Notes: a model not told the origin generated them from the letters alone. A stretch of DNA of 32,658 nucleotides from Spirochaetaceae bacterium (GCA_030600745.1 JAUVLL010000003.1:1-32658), one strand, 5' to 3'; positions 18,574-29,500 are shown, counted from the stretch's first letter. Numbers and translations are program-made.

Positions 18574-19769
18574 ACATTCGTTCTGGTCCTAAGCATCGGT
18601 CTCAAAGCATCCCTGAACAGGTGATAAACACTTCCTGAAACAGCTCCCCGGGATCCGGATACCACATCAAGTTCTACAGAAGAGTGAGCATATCCCGGAA
18701 TCCTCTCCATGAGTCCTTTTTTCAGATCCTGATAAATCAAATTGTCCTGTGCAAAAGGTCCCAATAGCAGAATCCTGTCAGGGTAAAAAACTTTATAAAG
18801 ATTAGCCAGACTCATGGTGACATATCCAAGGGCCTTCTTTATTACTTCCAGGTTTCCAATATCAATGTTTTGAATGAACCTGGTAAATTCCGGTTCATCC
18901 TCAGGTGCAGTAGGATAGACTTCCCTTATTTCAGGAAGTATGGCCCAAAGAGCAGCCTCTGTCTCCAGACATCCTATGGAACCGCAACTGCATCGTTTGG
19001 TTGAGTTATGATTAACCTGCCAGTGCCCCACTTCTCCAAACCTGCCAAGGCTCGATTTCAGGACTTTACCTTCCGAAGCAAAAGCAGAACCAATTCCATA
19101 CCCCCAGTGAAAAAGCAGAGTGCCGCCTTTTCTGAAGTTCTCATTATTAAAGAGTAAATATTCAAGTTCAGGGTCAAGGCTTCGGTTTAGAGATAATGGG
19201 ACATTGAATTCTGATATCAGTTCAGTAAAACTGATATTACTTAGCTTAGGCCAGCGGGCCGAAGAGGTCCATTTACCTTTTTCTCCATTTACTGTCCCGG
19301 GCAGGGATGTCCCAATTCCAATTAATTGTGATTTTTCAGGCAGTTTATTGACTAAAAATTTCAGTATTTCTTGTAATTCTTTAATTATTGCTATGTTATC
19401 TACTTCTTTTGGGATAAGAATTGATTGTGATTCAAGGATCTCTCCATTCAGATTTACAAGTGTACCTTTAATCTCCCTGGAAACCACATAAATTGATATT
19501 GCTGAAAAACGGCAGTAGTTAGGAGCAAGTTGTATTTCAGGCCGTCCTTTACTGTTTCGTTCTTTTGAATCTCCTTCAAGTACAAGCCTGTCCTCGATAA
19601 GTTCCTTAATAATTTTTGAAACTGTAATTGGTCTTAATCCAAGATTTTCAGCTATCATTTTCCGTGTATTGCTATTTGAAACACAGAGCTTGTGAAAGAC
19701 TAAGGCCTTCTCCTTATCTTTAATGCGATAATTACTATTTTCGTGAATTGTATCAATACTAAAGAGCAT
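18570..19769 (-). CDS. ROK-family transcriptional regulator
   Basis: N-terminal HTH and GRP motif, GYGIGSA, GEVGH, CSCGSIGCLE. Start at ATG 19769 with AAGGAG RBS. Confidence 0.92.
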   Translation of the reverse strand: MLFSIDTIHENSNYRIKDKEKALVFHKLCVSNSNTRKMIAENLGLRPITVSKIIKELIEDRLVLEGDSKERNSKGRPEIQLAPNYCRFSAISIYVVSREIKGTLVNLNGEILESQSILIPKEVDNIAIIKELQEILKFLVNKLPEKSQLIGIGTSLPGTVNGEKGKWTSSARWPKLSNISFTELISEFNVPLSLNRSLDPELEYLLFNNENFRKGGTLLFHWGYGIGSAFASEGKVLKSSLGRFGEVGHWQVNHNSTKRCSCGSIGCLETEAALWAILPEIREVYPTAPEDEPEFTRFIQNIDIGNLEVIKKALGYVTMSLANLYKVFYPDRILLLGPFAQDNLIYQDLKKGLMERIPGYAHSSVELDVVSGSRGAVSGSVYHLFRDALRPMLRTRTNV

Positions 19770-19784
19770 TTCTGTTTTTACTCC

Positions 19785-19826
19785 TTGACAAATAATCATC
19801 CACATAATAACATATTACGATAATAT
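19785..19826 (+). promoter_or_regulatory. Promoter of the oxidoreductase-aminotransferase operon with a possible ROK operator
   Basis: TTGACA (19785-19790), 17 nt, TAACAT (19808-19813); ATATTA-cga-TAATAT at 19812-19826. Confidence 0.55.
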
Positions 19827-19866
19827 ATGTAAAGAGATTAATTCACTATAATAGGAGGCATAGATT

Positions 19867-21111
19867 ATGGCTAAAAAAATCGATATAACCATAGTTGGTG
19901 GAGGTATGATCACTAACGATTTACTGCTCCCGTCAATCTATCACCTGCAGAGAACAAGGATTGTCGGGGAGATAAATATCTGTGCATTAAACAATCCTCC
20001 TCTTAAAGCACTAAAAGGAAATGCAGTAATAAAGGAAGCATTTCCGGAACAGGATTTTACACCTTATCCCTCTCTGGAGGAGAATCAGGACAAGAATTCC
20101 CCCGAACTTTATAAAGAAGTTCTATCGAAGATGAAACCAAGGCAGGCTGTAGTTGTGGCAATGCCCGACCAGCTCCATTATCAGGTTGTTATGGAAGCAT
20201 TAAATGCCAATCAGCATATTCTTTCAGTAAAACCTCTGGTTTTAAGCTATAATCAGGCCGAAGAGATAAAGGACTTTGCATTTTCCAAAGGCCTCTTTGT
20301 AGGAGTTGAGTACCATAAGCGATTTGACCGAAGATCTCTTGAAGCAAGAAAGCGCTACCAGGACGGGAATTTTGGTGAGTTTAAAATGGGGGAGGCAAAA
20401 TTAATAGAACCCTGGCTTTACAGACACTCCAATTTTCAAAACTGGTTTACCACAGATAAAACAGATCCTTTTACCTATATTGGCTGTCACTATGTGGATC
20501 TTGTATATTTTATAACAGGTCTTAAACCTGTGGAACTAACTGTTGCAGGAATTAAAGACAAATTTCCCAATGGGAAAACCGGCTATATGTGGGCACAGGG
20601 AAGAGTTCGTTTTGAAAACGATGCATTGTTAACTGTCACAACCGGCCTTGGATATCCGGATGACGGCGCTGGAAGCAACGATCAGGGGATAGTTATGTAC
20701 TGTGAAGGAGAAGATTGCGGCAGCATGATTAAACACAACGATCAATTTCGGGGTGTTTCCCACAGCTATGTGGATAACATTGGAGTTGCCGGCAGTAAGT
20801 TTAACTTTATAAACCCTGATTTTTTCAGGTTGATACCATGGGAAGGTGAAGGGGCCAAACCTGTGGGTTATGGATACGATTCTGTTGCTGCGAATATAAC
20901 ATCAATGGCGGCTATTGAGAATTCTGATAATGCTGAGGATATCCAAGTACGTCAGGAACAAATTAGGGAAATAGATGCTAAAGGAATTATCGCAACGCCT
21001 GCAAATAGTTTTATTAACGAACTGGTAGTTGAAGCTACAAGAGAATCTATAGAGAATGATGGCAAATCAGTAAAGATTATTTACGGAGATCATCCGCATA
21101 TAAAAAGATAA
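19867..21111 (+). CDS. Gfo/Idh/MocA-family oxidoreductase (long type)
   Basis: IVGGGMI, VAMPDQLH, HILSVKPL, EYHKRFD, YIGCHYVD; AGGAGG RBS. Confidence 0.85.
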   Translation: MAKKIDITIVGGGMITNDLLLPSIYHLQRTRIVGEINICALNNPPLKALKGNAVIKEAFPEQDFTPYPSLEENQDKNSPELYKEVLSKMKPRQAVVVAMPDQLHYQVVMEALNANQHILSVKPLVLSYNQAEEIKDFAFSKGLFVGVEYHKRFDRRSLEARKRYQDGNFGEFKMGEAKLIEPWLYRHSNFQNWFTTDKTDPFTYIGCHYVDLVYFITGLKPVELTVAGIKDKFPNGKTGYMWAQGRVRFENDALLTVTTGLGYPDDGAGSNDQGIVMYCEGEDCGSMIKHNDQFRGVSHSYVDNIGVAGSKFNFINPDFFRLIPWEGEGAKPVGYGYDSVAANITSMAAIENSDNAEDIQVRQEQIREIDAKGIIATPANSFINELVVEATRESIENDGKSVKIIYGDHPHIKR

Positions 21112-21144
21112 AATGGGCGACATATAATGTCGGGGACCCATTTT
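21110..21144 (+). other. Intergenic bulged stem-loop
   Basis: AAAATGGG-CGACAT-ata-ATGTCG-ggga-CCCATTTT between two co-oriented genes. Confidence 0.4.
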
Positions 21145-21198
21145 AGTCGCAAGAAAGATAATAGAAGTCCCATTAATTGAGTAAACAAGGAGCAGAAA

Positions 21199-22572
21199 AT
21201 GGCACAGTACAATCTTACACCGGTAGATGTTCAGGCAGTAGAAACAAAATACAGAATAATAAAAACAAAACTTCCGGTACCGGAATCTTTGGAAATATTT
21301 CGAAGTCTTGCAGAATCGGAACCAAGAAGCATGATGGGGCAGCCACCAATTATCTGGGACAGGGCAGAAGGGTTTCAGGTAGAGGATAGATGGGGAAACA
21401 GATGGATTGACTGGTCCGCAGGAGTGTTAATTGCAAACTCAGGACACGGAAGAGTCGAGGTTAGGGATGCCCTTAAAAAGATAATTGATAAACCCCTTCT
21501 GTCCTCCTATGTATTTGTTCATGAAAAAAGAGCAGAGCTAACAGAAATGCTTCAGGCTCTTACCCCAAAGCCGGAGGATTATTCTGTATTTCTTTTAAGC
21601 ACAGGAAGTGAAGCTGTTGAAAATGCAATTAAGCTTGCAAGAACATATGCCATTGAAAAACATGGTAAGGAGAAACGCTATATTATCTCATTTGAAAATG
21701 CCTTCCATGGAAGAACTCTTGGATCCCAGCTGGCAGGGGGAATGGATAAACTTAAAACATGGATTGTTGGAGAAGGGGAAACTTTTATCCAGGTTCCTTT
21801 TCCCGATGGTTATAAAAATGAAGACACAGGGTTTGAGTTGTTTTTAAAGAGTATTGAGGATCAGGGAGTAACAGGAGATCAAATAGCAGGCGTTATTACC
21901 GAATCCTATCAAGGTGTCGGTCCTGATTTTTTACCTGTAGAGTATGCACAGAAACTGCAGGATTTCTGTCTTAAGTACGATATCATCTCAATCTACGATG
22001 AGGTTCAGGCAGGATTCGGACGATCGGGAAAGATGTTTACATATGAACATTACGGTGTGGAGCCTGATTTAATTGTCTGTGGTAAAGGAATAACTTCATC
22101 GCTGCCTCTGTCTGCAGTGATTGGCAAAAAGAAAGTACTGGATCTCTATACACCAGGATCGATGACATCAACTCATTCAGGAAGTCCCTTACCTGTTACT
22201 GCAGCTGTTGAGAATTTAAAACTAATTAAGAAAGAAAATCTTGTAGAGAACAGCAGAATACTTGGTGAAGTTCTAATGGCGGGTTTGCAGGAGATAGTAA
22301 ATAAATATCCGGACAGACTTGGATGCCTCCATGGAAAAGGTCTGGTTGCAGGAATACAGGTTGTAGAATCAGGTACAAAGACTCCCGATCCGGAAACTGC
22401 AAAAAACATAAATGAAAAATGTTTTCATAAAGGTCTGTTGATGTTTGCACCTGTAGGAATTGCTGGAGAGTGTATAAAAATTTCACCTCCTTTAATGATA
22501 GCTGAAGATGCTCTTATAGAAGGGTTGGAAGTTCTTAATGAAGCCTGTGATGAAATATTGGGAGTAAACTAA
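21199..22572 (+). CDS. Class III PLP aminotransferase (GABA/ornithine aminotransferase-like)
   Basis: TGSEAVENAIK, FHGRT, DEVQAGFGRSG, CGKG (PLP lysine), STHSG. Confidence 0.93.
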   Translation: MAQYNLTPVDVQAVETKYRIIKTKLPVPESLEIFRSLAESEPRSMMGQPPIIWDRAEGFQVEDRWGNRWIDWSAGVLIANSGHGRVEVRDALKKIIDKPLLSSYVFVHEKRAELTEMLQALTPKPEDYSVFLLSTGSEAVENAIKLARTYAIEKHGKEKRYIISFENAFHGRTLGSQLAGGMDKLKTWIVGEGETFIQVPFPDGYKNEDTGFELFLKSIEDQGVTGDQIAGVITESYQGVGPDFLPVEYAQKLQDFCLKYDIISIYDEVQAGFGRSGKMFTYEHYGVEPDLIVCGKGITSSLPLSAVIGKKKVLDLYTPGSMTSTHSGSPLPVTAAVENLKLIKKENLVENSRILGEVLMAGLQEIVNKYPDRLGCLHGKGLVAGIQVVESGTKTPDPETAKNINEKCFHKGLLMFAPVGIAGECIKISPPLMIAEDALIEGLEVLNEACDEILGVN

Positions 22573-22579
22573 ATATGTC

Positions 22580-23395
22580 TTAGATTGGCATTTCTTTTAA
22601 AAATGCTGAAGTCTCTGAAAGAACCTGTTCCGGATTTTCCGGAACAGTAAAAATCTCGAGGGATATCCATCCATTATATTTAAGATCTTTCAATACTGAA
22701 AAAGATTTCCTGTATTCCTCTGCATCTTCCGGATTGGGATGTCCCCCGGAGGGAGTATTTAAGTGAACATGTTTGATTATATTTATATTCTTTTTTATAA
22801 GCTCAGGCCAGCTGTCTGTCTCGTCTCCACAGTTATGAAAATCAAACATACCGGAAATACTACTTCTGTTTACCCGGTTTATCAGCTCAGTAGATTCTTT
22901 CAATGTATTAATAACATTGGTATCTGTAGAAGCCAGGGCTTCGATGCATACAGTGGAATTACAGTCAGCGGCAGTATCAGCTATCCCTGCCAGACCCTCC
23001 TCCATATATTTCCGGGCTTCTGTCACACTTATTTCTGAGGCTATTCTCTGTTTTGGAGATCCTAAAGTAAGATATCCCCCTCCAAGCTCTCCTGAGAGGT
23101 GTAGCAGTCTTTTCAAATGGTCCCAGGACCATTCCCTTTTCTTTTTATCCGGGGAAGTTATATGCAAATTTTCCGGTTTAACAAACAGCCAGTGAAGACC
23201 TGCAAAAACAAGTCCGCTGTTACTCAGGGTGTTCTTAATCATAGTAATTGTATCTGCTGGAATTGAAGTCACATCCCCAAAGAGTGTGAAGGGGGCAATC
23301 TCTATTCCATTAAACCTATGAGCTACAAGTAAATCACAGCTTTTCTGGAATTCCATGTTTCCAAATAATTCATTACAGATAGCGGTTTTAATCAT
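22580..23395 (-). CDS. Sugar phosphate isomerase/epimerase (TIM barrel, ketose 3-epimerase-like)
   Basis: GIEIAP, LGSPKQR, IEAL, FDFHN, HVHLN, ISLEIF metal ligands; start ATG 23395 with GAGGTG RBS. Confidence 0.85.
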   Translation of the reverse strand: MIKTAICNELFGNMEFQKSCDLLVAHRFNGIEIAPFTLFGDVTSIPADTITMIKNTLSNSGLVFAGLHWLFVKPENLHITSPDKKKREWSWDHLKRLLHLSGELGGGYLTLGSPKQRIASEISVTEARKYMEEGLAGIADTAADCNSTVCIEALASTDTNVINTLKESTELINRVNRSSISGMFDFHNCGDETDSWPELIKKNINIIKHVHLNTPSGGHPNPEDAEEYRKSFSVLKDLKYNGWISLEIFTVPENPEQVLSETSAFLKEMPI

Positions 23396-23523
23396 ACTGG
23401 CAACACCTCTTAACTGCATTCTACCATGTTTATTACCCAACACCAATATTTGATTCTATAATTATATGAATAGATAATAGAAATAGCTTATAATGATTAT
23501 GACAGATATCAGGAGAGGTATTC

Positions 23524-24681
23524 ATGGAAGATATTAAAGGATGTTCAGTTTTTTCCGGAAAAAATATTAGAATCAGCTTTGATAGAGGTGTAATTACTGC
23601 AGTTACAAAGTTGGATAGTTCCAATCGTCTGCCCTACATATCACCTGGATTCATAGATACCCAGGTTAATGGTTACGCTGGTCTGGACTATAGCGCTCGA
23701 AACCTTGAACAGGATGATGTTGTAAAGATAGTACATATGTTAGCTGCCTTTGGGACCAGCAGTCATTTTCCTACTATTGTTACAAATTCACAGAAACTTA
23801 TTGTAAAAAATCTCAAAACAATAGACCAGGTAATTAGAAACAATCCGGAAATTTCTACTTCCATCCCTGGTATACATATTGAGGGTCCCTATATCTCTTC
23901 AGAAGACGGCCCCCGGGGGGCGCATAATATCCGGTTTATAAGAGATCCGGACTACCATGAGTTTTTAGAATGGCAGAAAGCTTCCGGGAACAGGATCAGG
24001 CAGGTTACTCTGGCCCCCGAATTACCAGGTGCTATGGATTTTATAAAAAGAGTCTCTCTTGATGGTGTCGTGGTTTCTATTGGCCACACAGCAGCCGAGC
24101 CGGAGGTAATAAAGGAGGCAGTAAAGGCAGGGGCTTCCATGTCTACCCATCTGGGAAATGGAAGCCATGGAATGATACCCCGGCTAAAGAACTACATATG
24201 GGAACAAATGGCCTCTGATAATCTATCTGCCAGCATTATTACTGATGGATTTCATCTTCCCCCTGCTGTTGTTAAGGTCATACTACGAGCCAAGATGCTG
24301 AAAAATTTGGTTCTGGTAAGTGACATAGCAGTGCTGGGAGGTATGAAACCCGGTATACGTAAATGGGGTGATATTGAAGTAGAGGTATTCAAAGATGGTC
24401 ATCTTGGTCTTGCCGGAACTGAATATCTGGCAGGCTCCGGGCATCTTCTAAATCATTCACTGTCATGGCTTATGAATGAACTTAAGCTAAGTCCGGCTGA
24501 TGCAGTAAGATTATGTACGGTTAACCCCCGGAGGAAGTTTTTTCCGGATGAATATATTCCGGAACTGAAGCATGGTGATCCGGCAGATCTTACTATGTTT
24601 GACTGGAAAAAAGGAGATCCTTTACTTACAATACTGGAAACCTGGCGCTGCGGCAAAAAGGTGTACTCTAAACCTCATTGA
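23524..24681 (+). CDS. nagA: N-acetylhexosamine-6-phosphate deacetylase (NagA family)
   Basis: PGFIDTQVNG, HIEGPY, GAH, LAPE, GHT, THLGNG, DGFH, LVSD, LAGS. Confidence 0.87.
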   Translation: MEDIKGCSVFSGKNIRISFDRGVITAVTKLDSSNRLPYISPGFIDTQVNGYAGLDYSARNLEQDDVVKIVHMLAAFGTSSHFPTIVTNSQKLIVKNLKTIDQVIRNNPEISTSIPGIHIEGPYISSEDGPRGAHNIRFIRDPDYHEFLEWQKASGNRIRQVTLAPELPGAMDFIKRVSLDGVVVSIGHTAAEPEVIKEAVKAGASMSTHLGNGSHGMIPRLKNYIWEQMASDNLSASIITDGFHLPPAVVKVILRAKMLKNLVLVSDIAVLGGMKPGIRKWGDIEVEVFKDGHLGLAGTEYLAGSGHLLNHSLSWLMNELKLSPADAVRLCTVNPRRKFFPDEYIPELKHGDPADLTMFDWKKGDPLLTILETWRCGKKVYSKPH

Positions 24682-25627
24682 CCGGATATACAGGTTTCCC
24701 GCCCTTCAGCACTGCCGCAATATTCAGCGCTGCTTTTGTCTTAAGTTCCTCTTTGGATTCTTCGCTGTACCAGCCTGTATGATCAGACAGAATTACATTA
24801 TCAAGTTTACGCAACGGACTCTCCATGGAGAGTGGTTCGTTTTCAAAAACGTCCAGCCCTGCACCATTGATTACTCCAATTTCCAGTGCCTCTGCTACAT
24901 CAGCCTCATTCAACACGGCCCCTCTGGAGGTGTTTATCAGGATTGCACCATTTTTCATTAATGCAAGCTGTTCTTTCCCTATCATTCCCCGGGTAGAATC
25001 AGCCAAAGGAACATGGACAGATATAAAATCAGAATCAGCCAGAACTGAGGAGAGATCTGCAGGAATACCGCCTTTTCCTTTAATATTTTTTTCATCAACA
25101 AAGGGATCGTAAACCAGTACTTTGGAGAATCCTAATCCCATAGTTTTCTCATGAAACCTTCTGGCTATAGCCCCGTAGCCTATAAGGCCTAAAACTCCAT
25201 CTTTTATCCTGTGACATGGCTGATCATCATGAAGGTTCCATTTCCCCTTGCGGATCATTCTGTCTTTATACGCAACCTTTCTTACACAACCCATCAGCAG
25301 GGCAAGGGCCTGATCAGATACATCTTCAATAGAATAATCCGGTACCCGTGCTACCCATATCCCTTTTTTTGTCGCAGCATCAACATCTACGTTGTCATAA
25401 CCAACTCCATACCTGGACATCACCTTGCATTTATCAAGTTCGGATATCAGATCCGCAGTCATTGGATGGAGATTAACTAAAAGGGCATCAGCTTCCCTGA
25501 TTATTCTGTCAAACTCTGTCTTGTTGTCCGGATTTAGTATAATAAGCTCTGCATCTATTTTTTCCAGAACATTTATTTCTTCTGTGTAATTTCCATATCT
25601 GTCATCGGTAACTGCAACTTTGAACAT
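24668..25627 (-). CDS. D-isomer-specific 2-hydroxyacid dehydrogenase (CtBP/SerA-like), copy 2
   Basis: RYGVGYDNV, GLIGYGAI, INTSRG, DVFENEP, DHTGWYS; AAGGAGG RBS. Confidence 0.92.
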   Translation of the reverse strand: MFKVAVTDDRYGNYTEEINVLEKIDAELIILNPDNKTEFDRIIREADALLVNLHPMTADLISELDKCKVMSRYGVGYDNVDVDAATKKGIWVARVPDYSIEDVSDQALALLMGCVRKVAYKDRMIRKGKWNLHDDQPCHRIKDGVLGLIGYGAIARRFHEKTMGLGFSKVLVYDPFVDEKNIKGKGGIPADLSSVLADSDFISVHVPLADSTRGMIGKEQLALMKNGAILINTSRGAVLNEADVAEALEIGVINGAGLDVFENEPLSMESPLRKLDNVILSDHTGWYSEESKEELKTKAALNIAAVLKGGKPVYPVNEV

Positions 25628-25680
25628 TGGTTTCCTCCTTTAAGAATTATACAGGATATTTCTATTATCTGCCAGAATAA

Positions 25681-25861
25681 TATTCTGATCATACTCCGGG
25701 CGTTACCCCTTTCATAAGGGGTCATGCTTTTCGGGGGTTCCGTATTTTATAGGGGCGAATATGGAATTCGCCCCTACAAAACACCGCCTGCGGCGCCCCT
25801 ACAATCATTAACGTATTGGCTAAGAAAGTTATTCAGCTGATCTATTAGTATTCTGATCATA
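25681..25861. repeat. 13-bp direct repeat TATTCTGATCATA (25681-25693 and 25849-25861) enclosing GC-rich hairpins
   Basis: Exact match read from the sequence; encloses ACCCCTT-tcat-AAGGGGT and the REP-like units. Confidence 0.7.
25750..25802 (-). repeat. Two tandem GTAG-type REP-like palindromic units
   Basis: Minus strand reads GTAGGGGCGCCGCAGGCGGTG then GTAGGGGCGAATTCCATATTCGCCCCTA; the latter has a perfect stem AGGGGCGAAT/ATTCGCCCCT. Confidence 0.7.
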
Positions 25862-25868
25862 ACACATT

Positions 25869-26585
25869 CTATACTATCCTCACTTCAATATTTTCATTCA
25901 GATAATCCCGCCACTTTTTCCAGTCAGGATATACTCTGGAAAGTAGAGCATAAAACCTTGAGCTATGATTATGCTCTTTTGTATGGCACAGTTCATGGAA
26001 GATAACATAATCAATGCATACTTTAGGTGCAGAAACAAGTTTTGGATTCAAAAAAATCTTTCCCTCCCTTGTACAACTTCCCCAGCGCTTCGCCATTATC
26101 TTTACCTGCCAGACAGGTTCCTTTTTAATGCCTATTACTGCAGAAACTTTTATACATTCCATAAATCGCTCTTTAAATATCTGCAGGCTCCTCTCTCGAA
26201 ACCAATTTAGAAGAAGCTTCTCCCTTTGTTCAATGGAATGAGATTCTGGTGCAGAAAGATGAAATCTTCCATTTTTCAGCTTAACATAAGGCTTTCCTGC
26301 AAGAACCTTAAGCCTGTACTGCTTACCCAGATATCGGAATGTCTCACCTGTTTGATATTTCGGCTTTGGCTGAGACGGCTGTAATCGTGAAAACTCCAGT
26401 CGTTTCTTATATATCCATGGAGCACGCTTCTTGACTTTCTGCAGAACTTCATTAAGATCCACATACTCCGGAGCTACAACTTCTATATGCTGATCCGGAT
26501 AAACATGGATTGCAAGTGTTTTTCTATTTCTTCTATCAAGACTGAATTCAATATCTGTTGTACCGTATTGTATTTTATAATTCAC
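25869..26585 (-). CDS. YgjP/DUF45-type M48-like metal-dependent hydrolase, typical downstream partner of hsdR
   Basis: RKTLAIHV, GETFRYLGKQY, RWGSC, IDYVIFHELCH, HNHS..FY. GTG start at 26585 overlaps the hsdR stop. Confidence 0.9.
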   Translation of the reverse strand: MNYKIQYGTTDIEFSLDRRNRKTLAIHVYPDQHIEVVAPEYVDLNEVLQKVKKRAPWIYKKRLEFSRLQPSQPKPKYQTGETFRYLGKQYRLKVLAGKPYVKLKNGRFHLSAPESHSIEQREKLLLNWFRERSLQIFKERFMECIKVSAVIGIKKEPVWQVKIMAKRWGSCTREGKIFLNPKLVSAPKVCIDYVIFHELCHTKEHNHSSRFYALLSRVYPDWKKWRDYLNENIEVRIV

Positions 26586-29500
26586 GGCTCTTTGCAATCT
26601 CCAGTGTTTGCTCAATGATTCTATCAATTACCTCATAACTCCACTTAAGATCAAAATTGCCTTTAATTTGAAGTAAATAATCTTCAATATCATTGAACAT
26701 TTGATTATGAACACCCGGATCATGAACCCAGTCTCTTTTTTCCAGGTTTTTAATTATTGTATCTATTTTTACTGCTGCATCAGCTCCAAGGTAAGCAGGA
26801 GCAGTCTCTTTAACCATACCATCAGGAAGTTCTTCCAATACTACGCGATAATATGGACGTGCCGATTCATGTTGCTTTAACTTATCCGGTATATCAGAAG
26901 AACCTTTTGTTCTCATTTCATCCATAGCCTCTCTAATACGGTTAAGATAATTTGCGTCTGATAGTCTTTTAGCTCTATGTTCAGCAATTGCTGCATTTAT
27001 TATTTCTGATAATTTTTTATAGAGTAATGGATCTTCCTGCATTTTATCATGAATAGTTTTTCTCATTCTTGCTGCTATTGTATCTGCTTTAGCTGCATCT
27101 CCTTCAACCCCTCCAATTTCCCGCTCAAAATCTTCTATATTAAACAAATCAACAGGTTCAACAATTTGTTTTACAATCTTTGCTCCAATGTATTTATTCA
27201 CCATGTTCCTGATTTGTACTTCATAGGATGAATAATCTACAGTCTCACCATATCGCTGTTTTACCGTATTTCTTAGTGAAAGAAACATTTTTAGATCATC
27301 TTTATATCGTTGGATAGACGCAAGTGAAGTGTCCTCGTGAAACCTGGCGTTTCCAAGAGCCAATCTCAATGTATTAGCAAATACCCGAAGTGAATCATAA
27401 AATTTCTGTCGTGTATCTTCAGGTTCCAGATGAAGCTGCATCGCCTCAGTGTCTGATTTATTTTTGACAGAATTAAATACTTCCCGGACATTAGTATGAT
27501 ATTGAGCCAGTTTTCCTATTTCTTCGAGAACATTTGTAATTATTCCATCAACATCTTCCCTGTCAAAACCTTCCTCTTCAAGAGCTTTGTAGAGTTCAAT
27601 GGCATCATTAAGCTGACCGAAAACACCTCGATAATCGATAATAAGCCCATATTCTTTACCGTCATACAGTCGATTCACCCTGGCGATAGCCTGCAGAATA
27701 TTGTGTTCTTTTAAGCGCTTATCTATGTAGAGTACTGCATTTCTAGGAGCATCAAATCCGGTGAGAAGCTTATCGATTACTATAATAATTCCCGGTTCAT
27801 CGGATTTTTTAAATCGTTCAATAAGCGTATCCTGATATACTTTCGCTGAGCCGAACTGATCCATCATGGATTTCCAGAATCTTTGGACTTCCGGAATATC
27901 GGCTTCATCAACCTCAGAATGATCTTCCCTTGTGTCAGGAGGGGACATGATGACTGCTGTTGAAAGCCCTCCAAAATCATCAAAATACTTTTTATATTTT
28001 ATAGCTTCCTGCCTGGATGATACTGCAAACTGACCCTTTAGCCCTGAGTTTTTATAATCAGTTGTAAAGTGCTGGATGATATCATATGCAATTTCCTGAA
28101 GACGTTCTTCTGATTTTGTTAACTCTTCTTCCCGGCGGAATTTCTTCTTCAAATCTATTTTTTGATCTTCTGTTAAATCTTTTGCAATACGTTCAAACCA
28201 CTTATCAATCTGCTTCTTATCTCCTCTAAGCTCACTCATTCTCCCTTCATATATAAGGCGTGTAACTGCACCATCGGTAACGGCCTGATTCATTGAATAA
28301 GAATGGATGAATCCACCAAATTTAGCTGCTGTACTTTTTTCTTTCTTTAATAATGGAGTTCCTGTAAAGCCAATATAACAGGCGTTTGGGAATACTCTCT
28401 TCATACTGGCATTGGCAACACCGTATTGTGACCGGTGGCTTTCATCTACCAGGACAAAGATATTCCTGCTTTCCGATTTAAGTTTGTTTTTACGCAAACC
28501 AGCTTCAAACTTATCTATAATTGTAGTTATGATATTAGCTTTATTCTGTTCAATAAGACGAAAAAGATTTTCGCCGCTGGTTGCTTTTTTAACTTCTTTA
28601 CCACAGTTTTTGAAAGTCTTATAAATCTGATCATCAAGGTCCACTCTGTCAGTTACAAGAATGACCTTTGGATCAATAATTGATGGATTAAGGCTGATTG
28701 CTTTTGCCAGTAATACCATGGTAATCGACTTGCCCGAACCTGTTGTATGCCAGATAACACCTCCTGGACGTAGAGAATCCCCTGCTACATTGGTAATCCT
28801 GATAATTGTATCCTTAATGGCAAAATACTGCTGATATCTTGGAACTTTCTTTATCTTATTATCATAAACAACATAACTATGTGTAATTTCAAGGAGCCTC
28901 TTGGGCTTAAGAAGGCTGAATATTGTCTTATCCTGTACTGATGGTATTCTTTTCCCTGCACTCATGATTTCAAGCATTTTATTCTTCTGCCAGTCATCCC
29001 GTTCATTGAATAGATATTGAATATTTTCGCCATCAAGCTTCTTATTAATTGAATGATTCAGCCTCTTTTTGTCCTCATTACTATAGTCCTCTTTCCAGAC
29101 AGACCAGAATTTTAGAGGAGTTCCGGCTGTCCCATACATCGCCTGATTTTGGCTTAGAGAAAAAAGAAGCTGAGAATAAACAAACAGATGAGGTATTTCA
29201 TCTGCAGATTGGTTTCGAATATGCTGGCTTATGCCTTCTTTAATGGAATTCTTTTTATCCGGTCTTTTGCATTCTATTACGGCCAGAGGTATTCCATTTA
29301 CAAAGACTATAATATCAGGACGACGAGTCTGGTTGCTATGACGTCTTTCAATAATAAATTCATCGCAAACGTGAAAAACATTTTCCTGGGGATTCTCCCA
29401 ATCGATGTACTTCAGGGAAAAACTTCTGGTGTACCCTGCAATAGTCTGCTCAAAGCTTTTGCCAAGAGTTATAAGATCATACACTTGTTCATTTGTGGTT

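Noticed and set aside
25694-25805. tRNA fragment or CRISPR mini-array
   Set aside because: No cloverleaf or T-loop motif and no regularly spaced repeat-spacer units; better explained as REP-like hairpins.
12582-26627. Longest-ORF starts at 13601, 17725, 19805, 23446 and 26627
   Set aside because: Downstream starts (13538, 17698, 19769, 23395, 26585) have better RBS or coupling and avoid overlaps with neighbouring genes or promoters.
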